Source of the DNA: a candidate division WWE3 bacterium
GTDB taxonomy: Bacteria; Patescibacteriota; WWE3; JAPLWK01
Reading direction: 5' to 3'
Assembly (NCBI GenBank): GCA_026396615.1
Contig: JAPLWK010000009.1
Span: forward strand, 1-43,272
Length of the DNA: 43,272 nucleotides
The position numbers and the translations under genes are program-made. The notes under the pieces were generated by a model. That model was not told the DNA's origin. It worked only from the letters and a program-made list of their open reading frames with translations, and searched no databases. Below, piece by piece: positions 37,020 to 43,272 of the stretch. Positions within the stretch are counted from its first letter, which is position 1, and every line of letters begins with the position of its first letter.

Positions 37020-38507
37020 ATGGAAAATTCCTGGAATCGACTAACATTGGGACTATATAATCCGGAATCCCGATTGATGGGTGTTGACTACGGGAAACTT
37101 TACCTTGACCCTCTTCGCGCTAAACAAACTCTTTTTCACGAAGTTACACACTCACTTCTTACCTCAACGACAGATTACGGGTTAGCAATCCTACCAATAC
37201 TAAATCTTTTGCCTAAAATCACTTCTATATCCAGGGAAGACAAGGACAAGATAAAACAATCTCTTATGAGAAATCAGACAAATGCACAAGAGGGTTTGGC
37301 AACGCTAATGGAGCTTTTAATGCTGCGGGGAGAAATAGGTAAGCGGGCCAGCCTAATTTGGGCAAGAGCGAACTTAACGCAGGAGTACTACGACTGGTTC
37401 TCACCAATGTCGTTTGTAATCAGTATGAGCAACCGATATAGAGAAAACTTTACAACAAAGATATCAAGAATAACTTTCCAAAATGGATTTAGAAAAGCCT
37501 GCTATGAGAGAGATCTTTTCGGTAATATTAAGGGGCTACAACATTTTCTTGCAAGCCCGAGTGTTTCTCCGGATATCAGACTACTGAAACTGGTACAAAC
37601 AGTAGCTAAGTCACCAAGCTTATTGAAGAAGAGTGAGATCGACATTTGTGCGGCCGCAGATGTTGAATACTTCCCTGACGCAACAAAAGTAGAGGTAGCC
37701 GAGTTTATAAACTACTTGTATGACCTTGCGGGTATTGACCAAAAAATGACTGAAATTGATGTAAAACAAGTTCCTGAAGGTGCGGCTGCCGTTTTAGAAA
37801 ACACGCAATCTCTTATAGTCGCAAACATGAACATTAGACTTTCCGAAAGTGGTATTACACTACCCGAAAAAAATGACCTCTTGCACTACTGTAGTGAATT
37901 TGAAGTAGTAGTGGTCACATTTTTATCTGATGAACTAGAATTTAAACAAACCCTAGAGCATATTAGTGGAAGGAAGCACGATGTTGGGATTCTAGCAATT
38001 ACTAAAAATGGTGAAAAATATATCTATGCGGACTCATTTGATGCTATATCATCATTATTAGATAAAGAACTTAAAGAAAAAACATTGTTAGTAAAATGGG
38101 GACTTTATCAACCGGGTCTGACTTGCATACCTAATATGGATGGCTGTCGTAAGCCCGATGTAGTTATTTTTAATTCCTTAAACGACCTAATTGGAGCCTT
38201 TAGTGAAGCGGCGAGTAGGGGGGATAAATTCCAATATCTTTACCTGTCATCGTCAGAAGACCATCCTTTTAGAACATTGGTGATAAAAGATATCGAAGGT
38301 GTTCTGTATATGCTTAATGCATGGGGAAATGTTGCGATTGATAACTTTCTGCAGAAATCGAACCAAAATTTCATACGCAGTAGCGTTGATAAATTCTTAC
38401 AAGAACACCGGCATTATAACAACGCATTCGCTTTTTGGATGAACTTACCATGGGACATTGACTGGTATAAAACTATGATGAGCACAGACCATGTTATTTA
38501 TAGGTAG
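37020..38507 (+). CDS. hypothetical HExxH-motif protein (putative zinc metallopeptidase N-domain plus a large uncharacterised C-region)
   Basis: 495-aa ORF. It has LFHEVTHSLL at residues 38-47 and a possible third ligand in ...NAQEGLATLMELL... The remainder has no recognisable motif. There is no SD at 37020, and an upstream ATG at 36934 lies in another frame (see findings). Confidence 0.55.
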   Translation: MENSWNRLTLGLYNPESRLMGVDYGKLYLDPLRAKQTLFHEVTHSLLTSTTDYGLAILPILNLLPKITSISREDKDKIKQSLMRNQTNAQEGLATLMELLMLRGEIGKRASLIWARANLTQEYYDWFSPMSFVISMSNRYRENFTTKISRITFQNGFRKACYERDLFGNIKGLQHFLASPSVSPDIRLLKLVQTVAKSPSLLKKSEIDICAAADVEYFPDATKVEVAEFINYLYDLAGIDQKMTEIDVKQVPEGAAAVLENTQSLIVANMNIRLSESGITLPEKNDLLHYCSEFEVVVVTFLSDELEFKQTLEHISGRKHDVGILAITKNGEKYIYADSFDAISSLLDKELKEKTLLVKWGLYQPGLTCIPNMDGCRKPDVVIFNSLNDLIGAFSEAASRGDKFQYLYLSSSEDHPFRTLVIKDIEGVLYMLNAWGNVAIDNFLQKSNQNFIRSSVDKFLQEHRHYNNAFAFWMNLPWDIDWYKTMMSTDHVIYR

Positions 38508-38512
38508 TAAAA

Positions 38513-38797
38513 TTATCCAACAAATAACCCGCAACCACAGGCGGCCCGGTAAGTATTGTGATCCGGGCAAATAGTGGCGGGGCTGTATCGAGTTGATTCT
38601 CCCCCGGCAACCTTTTTACTGTCATGACGACCGAGCTCTTTTAGGAACCGTAGACCGTCCCGGCTTTTGGCAACCTTAGTTATAGGCATTACGTAGTAGG
38701 AAGGCTTTCCGTGTACGGTCACGGCCATAGGAAGCTTTACGTGGTTAAGGTAGTGATAGGGATTTTTGGCGAAGCTCTCAACGTTTATGCTAAACAC
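38513..38797 (-). CDS. Phd/YefM-like N-domain protein with a Cys-rich tail (orphan antitoxin-like)
   Basis: 94-aa ORF with a GTG start. ...FAKNPYHYLNHVKLPMAVTVHGKPSYYVMP... fits the Phd/YefM pattern. The tail is ...ICPDHNTYRAACGCGLFVG. TATAAT (38809-38804) lies 6 nt before the GTG. Confidence 0.45.
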   Translation of the reverse strand: MFSINVESFAKNPYHYLNHVKLPMAVTVHGKPSYYVMPITKVAKSRDGLRFLKELGRHDSKKVAGGESTRYSPATICPDHNTYRAACGCGLFVG

Positions 38798-39187
38798 GCC
38801 GCAATTATACTACTAATCCTACGAGTGGGAGCTCCATAAAACCAATAGAAAAAGTAGTACAAAAAGGTGTGGCCATTACCCACAATTTCGTCAAAATTGT
38901 TTTAACTTGGAGATTGGGTGGCCAATGATTTGTGAGCGACACGTCGTTAAATAGAGATTATACGACTAGATTATTTATGTAACTACCTCTTATAATGTAT
39001 TGTAACTGTAGGGATTATTCGACATCTGGTGATCTTATTGTAACTTCTAAAATGCTTCATTTAACAAAATACCGTCCTATAACTGGTGGTTTTCCATCCT
39101 TCAGCCCGGGTACCGGGGGTCTTCCAGCTCACCCCACCAATGTGACGGGTATAGGTATGACAAAAGTCTATTTCAGTGAGTTTTGTA

Positions 39188-39505
39188 TTAATTCTTACCT
39201 CTTTTTGTCACAAATCTTGTAAATATTGCCGCCAAAAACCCGATTGCTAAATTGATGTTAGTTAAAAGTAGGTCGCTACTTAAATTTTTGTAATTGAGTA
39301 AAAGGTTTATGTTAAAGTTTTTGTCTGTACTTAAAAGAGGGAAAAAAGTAACTTTAAAGATAGAATTTATACCACGGCTCCAAAGCATGGGGTTCGATTT
39401 ATAAACCCAAACTAACGGATTAATAAAGAAAATCCAGAAAATAAGGAAATAAATAACCGCCTCAAATAATGTAATTTCGAACTTTTTAATTTTAAATAAA
39501 ATCAT
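39188..39505 (-). CDS. hypothetical small membrane protein
   Basis: 105-aa ORF, very AT-rich, with 2-3 hydrophobic helices. It lies 38 nt downstream of the Cys-rich protein gene. Confidence 0.45.
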   Translation of the reverse strand: MILFKIKKFEITLFEAVIYFLIFWIFFINPLVWVYKSNPMLWSRGINSIFKVTFFPLLSTDKNFNINLLLNYKNLSSDLLLTNINLAIGFLAAIFTRFVTKRGKN

Positions 39506-39543
39506 TATTTAACCTTCCTATACAAGTCGCTGCGGCCCGTTGC

Positions 39544-40716
39544 TTACTCGCAATAAAGATTAATGTCGTTATTTATTTCGTCGCCAATACCATTAGTCTT
39601 TGATTCAGCAGCTTTTGTAGGGCCTTCGTAGTTGTAGCCATTACCTGAATTTCTAGCCCCGGGGCAGTATTTATCGCTGTTTGAATCCAAGCCGCAGCAT
39701 TTGTTCGAGCAGGAAGACCAATTGTTTGGGTAGTTAATAGCGGGTATCGGCATACCTTGAGACCTTAATATCACAAAGTCAGCGTTAAACTTATCTAGTG
39801 CCTGTTTGTATGTTTCCCAACACTGACTTTGACAAACCCACTCTCTCGCTGCATTTACATAATCTTGTTCCAAAGAAGTAAATAACCCGGCCTTATTAGC
39901 ACTGCAATTCCTAGTGAAATTTAGCCCGTTAAGGAATAAATTAGTGGTCACTTTCCGCTCGGCATAGGCATTTTGATCATCTGTGCAGATATCAGTGGAT
40001 TTTTCCCACTTCCAGGTGTCACCGATGGGGCAACAAACACTCACCTTGCATTCATTTTGGGGAAGTTGAAAATCGCCGCAATGATCGAATTTACAGGTAA
40101 TTATAGGGTCGCTATTCTCTTGTTGAGCCGGCTTTGTGGTCGTGTCGGTGTTTGGATTAGTTGTATTTGGTGTAAGAGCGGTATCTGTAAAAATCTGATT
40201 AATTGCGTCCTGCTCGCTGGCCGCCGCCTCAAAAGCATTTAGCCCCTCAAGTCCATTCGCTAAATCTTTATCTAGCTGGTTTAGCTCTTCAGCTATGACA
40301 CCGTTTCTGTCTCTTAGAATACCAGCTGTCGTGGCCGGTGTTTTAGGGTCAACTAAGCTGTCGTTGTTCCCCGTTAACTCTAAACGAAGATCCTCAAGAT
40401 GAGTTTGAATGCGGGTGCTAACGTCACCAGACGCCGGTAGTTTTACTTTTAAGGCGTTTATCTTACCCAAAAGTGTTAGAAATTGGGCATGGTCAGCATT
40501 TGAAAGTTTTGGTACCGGTGGCACCGAACTTTCTATACCTGATTTCGATTGACTGAGGTAAGCCAATAATTTGGCGGGTAACCCCGAGCTGTATACAGTG
40601 TAGACAAAAAGAGCACTGCCTAAAGCAGTTATAACCAATACAAATGGTAAAAATAGATTCTGGTTATGAAATGCTGACCGAATACCCGCGAATAACCTCA
40701 TACAGCTAAGAAACAC
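39544..40716 (-). CDS. hypothetical membrane-anchored/secreted protein with a Cys-rich C-terminal domain
   Basis: 390-aa ORF with a GTG start at 40716 (an alternative ATG is at 40698). It has an N-terminal TM/signal anchor, a helical region and a Thr/Asn/Pro linker. The final roughly 185 residues contain 14 Cys, including CC pairs. Confidence 0.55.
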   Translation of the reverse strand: MFLSCMRLFAGIRSAFHNQNLFLPFVLVITALGSALFVYTVYSSGLPAKLLAYLSQSKSGIESSVPPVPKLSNADHAQFLTLLGKINALKVKLPASGDVSTRIQTHLEDLRLELTGNNDSLVDPKTPATTAGILRDRNGVIAEELNQLDKDLANGLEGLNAFEAAASEQDAINQIFTDTALTPNTTNPNTDTTTKPAQQENSDPIITCKFDHCGDFQLPQNECKVSVCCPIGDTWKWEKSTDICTDDQNAYAERKVTTNLFLNGLNFTRNCSANKAGLFTSLEQDYVNAAREWVCQSQCWETYKQALDKFNADFVILRSQGMPIPAINYPNNWSSCSNKCCGLDSNSDKYCPGARNSGNGYNYEGPTKAAESKTNGIGDEINNDINLYCE

Positions 40717-40820
40717 GAAGGGGCTACCCTCGTAACCTCAGCCTGACAGCGTTTGGTCCATAGAGAGTAACCCCTAAATACGGACCAAACGCTTTTTGAG
40801 CGTTTTTTAGCTGTCAGGCT
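40715..40820. other. nested inverted-repeat structure at the junction between minus-strand genes and the plus-strand mobile module
   Basis: There are four pairings. Hairpin ACGAAGGGG-cta-CCCTCGT (40715-40733). Outer stem AGCCTGACAGC (40740-40750) with GCTGTCAGGCT (40810-40820). Inner stem GCGTTTGGTCC (40749-40759) with GGACCAAACGC (40782-40792), followed by TTTTTG. Alternative hairpin AACGCT-tttg-AGCGTT (40788-40803), followed by TTTTTA. Confidence 0.6.
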
Positions 40821-40960
40821 AATAGATTGACCATATTGTAGCTCTTTAAGCGTATAACTCAACAATTTTGCCAACAAATTTACCGAACATCCGCATATCC
40901 TGAAAGCTTCAAAATTATCTAATTTTATTCTCATAACCCTGAAGGTACATTTCATCCAGT

Positions 40961-41125
40961 ATGGTCACATGGCTCAACGAAACACTAAAAGCAGAGATTC
41001 AGAAAGTATTTAAACCCCGCTACGGTCGGGAGTTGACTAATGAGGAGTTAGAAACTATCGCCACTAATTTAGTTAGTTTTATGGAGAGTGTGGCCGGGAT
41101 TAATAAACCAAATTTAAATTCGTAA
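40961..41125 (+). CDS. hypothetical small protein (54 aa)
   Basis: Hand-translated, below the track cutoff: MVTWLNETLKAEIQKVFKPRYGRELTNEELETIATNLVSFMESVAGINKPNLNS. It is the first gene of the plus-strand module. Confidence 0.35.
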   Translation: MVTWLNETLKAEIQKVFKPRYGRELTNEELETIATNLVSFMESVAGINKPNLNS

Positions 41126-41159
41126 AAGGAATCGTTGAATTCCTGAGAAAGTAGTAATT

Positions 41160-41489
41160 ATGGAAGATTTAACAATAATCAAAAGATGTCCTCGCTTTGA
41201 ATTCTGCTCTGCTCCCCGGTGTCCTCTCGATCCGTTAATGCAAACACGGTTCCGCTTCCCAGAAGAACAAAAATGCACGCTCGGAAAATCAATCCGGCTC
41301 AAACTGGGTAACGAGCTTCAAAATAAAGGTCTGTTTCCGAAAGAGTTGGGCGGAATTAAATCCTGGAACTCCCGTACCCCAGAATCTAAAGAATCGACCT
41401 TGAAATATTTGGCCTCTGGAGGCATTCAAAGACGAATAACATCGGTTGTACAAAAACGAAAGGAGGAATCCGATTATGGATACCTTTGA
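41160..41489 (+). CDS. hypothetical protein with an N-terminal Cys motif
   Basis: 109-aa ORF with CPRFEFCSAPRCPLDP...C, four Cys, possibly metal-binding. The C-terminus is basic. Confidence 0.45.
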   Translation: MEDLTIIKRCPRFEFCSAPRCPLDPLMQTRFRFPEEQKCTLGKSIRLKLGNELQNKGLFPKELGGIKSWNSRTPESKESTLKYLASGGIQRRITSVVQKRKEESDYGYL

Positions 41490-41727
41490 GTCTAGAGACC
41501 TGATGTTATCGGCGGCGATTTTATCAGAAGGTCTGCCGCTACTAAGAACTAAAGATTTGGGCTCCCACCTAATATTCGTTTTCGGGATGCCCGCCGCCTG
41601 CAAGAAAATCGAGGAGGCTTGGTGGGCCGGAACGCTAACCATTAATGCCTCGATGTATGCGGAAGCCATTAAAAGACTTAAGAATTTAGTACATTCGAGA
41701 TCAATTCCCGGAAAGGAGGTGAGATAA
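41476..41727 (+). CDS. DUF5659-like protein
   Basis: The track ORF was trimmed to the ATG at 41476, which is preceded by AGGAGG. MDTFESRDLMLSAAILSEGLPLL...LIFVFG...INASMYAEAIKRLKNLV fits the DUF5659 pattern common in phages and CPR elements. Confidence 0.55.
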   Translation: MDTFESRDLMLSAAILSEGLPLLRTKDLGSHLIFVFGMPAACKKIEEAWWAGTLTINASMYAEAIKRLKNLVHSRSIPGKEVR

Positions 41728-41729
41728 CA

Positions 41730-42149
41730 ATGACAGAATCTATGAAGGAGATCTTAGCTGATAGATCTTTAAAACTTAATGGTACTGTTAACAGTACAGA
41801 TAAATCTTTATCTACAGTTAACAGTAAAGATAGATCCATAAATACAGTTAACAGTAATAGTACTGTTGGCCATGAAACTGATTTTTCAAGTAAGTTTGAG
41901 GGTCTTGTTCACGATTTTGGTTGTAAGTCTGATTATATAGCCGATAAATTAGCTACCGATCTCGGTGATATAGAAAGCAGAGCATACTACACAGTATTAG
42001 CTGAAAATTATAAATCCGATTTGCTACTTGAGGCACTTGCCTTAACGCTTGAAGCATATGAGATGGGAATCATAAGAACAAGGAAACCCATATACTTCCT
42101 GGGAATATTGAGACACTGGGATCTAAAAACGAAATTTAGTAGATCCTAA
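41730..42149 (+). CDS. hypothetical protein with a DnaD/replisome-organiser-like C-terminal motif
   Basis: 139-aa ORF. The N-terminus contains 10-aa repeats (TVNS...). The C-terminal ...DLLLEALALTLEAYEMGIIRTRKPIYFLGILRHW... resembles the DnaD/DnaB_2 motif (...Y..IL..W). Confidence 0.4.
   Translation: MTESMKEILADRSLKLNGTVNSTDKSLSTVNSKDRSINTVNSNSTVGHETDFSSKFEGLVHDFGCKSDYIADKLATDLGDIESRAYYTVLAENYKSDLLLEALALTLEAYEMGIIRTRKPIYFLGILRHWDLKTKFSRS
41784..41873. repeat. tandem 30-bp iteron-like repeats (about 2.5-3 copies)
   Basis: The units are 41784-41813, 41814-41843 and 41844-41873, each starting AC(T/A)GTTAACAGTA. Units 1 and 2 match at 23 of 30 positions. Unit 1 lies within the perfect 16-bp palindrome GTACTGTTAACAGTAC (41782-41797). 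Confidence 0.8.
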
Positions 42150-42195
42150 TTGATACCGGTACTCTGGAAGACTAAGATTCGAGTGTGATTAGATA

Positions 42196-42234
42196 GGTGA
42201 GGCATTTTGTGCACCCATTGATGAAAGCCTCACC
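42196..42234. other. 39-bp imperfect palindrome upstream of the recombinase gene
   Basis: GGTGAGGC (42196-42203) ... GCCTCACC (42227-42234) flank a 23-bp centre containing GTGCAC. It lies 33 nt before the recombinase ATG. Confidence 0.4.
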
Positions 42235-42266
42235 AATCTGACCACAACAACCAAAGAATTAAAGTT

Positions 42267-43272
42267 ATGAGTAACTTAAGATATATACGCTACAGCCGAA
42301 AGTCATCAGAACCTAAAGAGAAGCAGGCGTTATCGATTCCTGAACAGAACGCCGAGTGTGAGAAGTATGCCGTCACTAATAATCTAAACATCACCTATCG
42401 TTTAGAGGAAAGTAAGTCGTCATTTAAACCACGAATCCGCCCGGTATTCGATCAAATGCTTAGATTAATTGAAAACGGCGCCGCCGATGCCATCTTAGCT
42501 TGGGCGCCGAATCGTCTTTGTAGAAATCCTGAGGAGGGCGGCCGAATTCTTCAACTTTTACAGGACGGGGTTCTTAAAGAAATTCGAACCACTACTGGCG
42601 AAGCCTACACCCCAGAGTCAGATCATCTTGTGTTACAAATCCATTTTGGAATGGCTAACCAGTACTCACGCAACATCAGCCGAGATGTTCGGCGAAGCTT
42701 AATTCATAAACGGGAGCGGGGTGAATACCCAAGGATGGCGCCGGTTGGTTTTGACACTTTTGGCGAGAAGGGAAGCCGCAACCTTAAACCTAACATTTTA
42801 GAAGCGCCGCTTATTAGAAAGGTTTACGAAATGGCGGCGACCGGTCAAATGTCGTTGCACTACCTGTCTAATTGGTTATTTGATAGTGGCCTACGAACGA
42901 AGAAGGGCAAGCGAATAAGCGTTAGTCATCTTTACAGAATTTTAACGTCACCGATCTATTATGGCTGCTTTTACTCTCTAGGTGAGCTGTACTCTGGATC
43001 TTACGAGCCAATTGTCAGCAAGAATCTTTTTGATCAGGTTCAAGTCGCATTAGGAATTCGTTCCAAACCTCGAATGAATACTTGGAAGTATTGGACTAAC
43101 GGCCTTGTTTATTGCGCCGAATGCGGCTGTGCTATAACCACGACAATAAAAACCAAGCACTACAAGGAGACAGACCGAACCGCCACTTATCTTTATAACC
43201 ACTGCACTCATCGAAAAGGTGGTTGCCACGAGCACCCTATCGGAGCTGACGATTTCCAGCAGTTACTTAAAG
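42267..43272 (+). CDS. large serine recombinase (integrase), N-terminal about 335 aa; gene runs off the window end
   Basis: Hand-translated: MSNLRYIRYSRKSSEPKEKQALSIPEQ... (catalytic-Ser resolvase domain). The recombinase domain is ...ISVSHLYRILTSPIYYGCF... The zinc-ribbon is ...LVYCAECGC...YNHCTHRKGGCH... There is no stop before 43272. Confidence 0.85.
   Translation, partial: MSNLRYIRYSRKSSEPKEKQALSIPEQNAECEKYAVTNNLNITYRLEESKSSFKPRIRPVFDQMLRLIENGAADAILAWAPNRLCRNPEEGGRILQLLQDGVLKEIRTTTGEAYTPESDHLVLQIHFGMANQYSRNISRDVRRSLIHKRERGEYPRMAPVGFDTFGEKGSRNLKPNILEAPLIRKVYEMAATGQMSLHYLSNWLFDSGLRTKKGKRISVSHLYRILTSPIYYGCFYSLGELYSGSYEPIVSKNLFDQVQVALGIRSKPRMNTWKYWTNGLVYCAECGCAITTTIKTKHYKETDRTATYLYNHCTHRKGGCHEHPIGADDFQQLLK

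Larger units (their letters stand above)
40961..43272 (+). mobile_element. integrative/replicative mobile-element module (partial; may extend left to about 35.0 kb and continues right of the window)
   Basis: This is a co-oriented block of small orphan genes: DUF5659, an iteron-containing DnaD-like gene and a large serine recombinase. It differs sharply in content from the conserved core. Confidence 0.55.

Noticed and set aside
38995-39222. A 75-aa plus-strand ORF lies in the 390-nt spacer.
   Set aside because: Its ATG sits inside the TATAAT box and it has no SD. Its composition is Gly/Pro/Thr-biased, and it overlaps the end of the 105-aa minus-strand gene. There is no support for coding.
39385-39405. 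A tRNA T-arm-like GGTTCGATT string was noticed.
   Set aside because: There is no complementary acceptor, D or anticodon stem around it, and it lies inside the 105-aa membrane-protein ORF.
40698-40955. An 85-aa minus-strand ORF spans the nested hairpin region.
   Set aside because: Its sequence is dictated by the inverted repeats. It has no SD or -10 geometry, and it overlaps the start of the Cys-rich gene in another frame.
41114-41669. Minus-strand ORFs 41114..41302 and 41289..41669 lie opposite the mobile-module genes.
   Set aside because: They are antisense to plus-strand ORFs that have an SD (AGGAGG before 41476) and a recognisable family pattern (DUF5659). They are probably shadow ORFs.
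41784-41873. The tandem 30-bp repeats were considered as a mini CRISPR array.
   Set aside because: There are only about 2.5-3 contiguous units with no unique spacers between them. They are read in frame within a CDS, and no cas genes are present.

Overview
This 43.3-kb fragment reads like a streamlined Patescibacteria/CPR-type bacterial chromosome. It uses the standard genetic code (conserved genes end at TGA at normal length), has no rpmD/L30 in the spc cluster, and several ribosomal proteins are shortened. No rRNA, tRNA or CRISPR array was found.

Core block (about 3.0-33.0 kb, almost unbroken, minus strand): mltG, ruvX, a membrane protein, a split FtsA/PilM-like actin ATPase, a HepT/MntA toxin-antitoxin pair, a short alaS, YtxH and DUF948-like proteins, and ftsK. 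These are followed by the spc+S10 ribosomal-protein cluster (rplO back to rpsJ), tuf, fusA, rpsG, rpsL, rpoC and rpoB.

Anomalies in the core:
- rpoC needs a +1 frame change at an A-run.
- The FtsA-like gene is split by a frame change.
- A plus-strand orphan gene with its own promoter, SD and terminator sits between rpsG and fusA.
- rplO and rplC are much shorter than usual.
- The spc cluster runs into ftsK instead of secY.
- Many genes carry a -10 box exactly 6 nt before the start codon, which is a leaderless-mRNA architecture.

Accessory region (from about 33 kb):
- A small CxxC zinc-ribbon gene with a structured leader and a duplicated 3' end.
- greA and small membrane proteins.
- A 135-nt branched inverted-repeat element.
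- A candidate conflict island: a membrane-anchored Mrr-like nuclease divergent from a trypco2-like small protein plus a 495-aa HExxH protein, followed by an orphan Phd/YefM-like gene.
- A Cys-rich secreted protein.
- A plus-strand mobile-element module: small proteins, DUF5659, a DnaD-like protein with internal 30-bp iterons, and a large serine recombinase that runs off the window end.

The trypco2-like/HExxH pair with the neighbouring nuclease is my best candidate for an undescribed system. All domain calls are made by eye from motifs and need profile searches.
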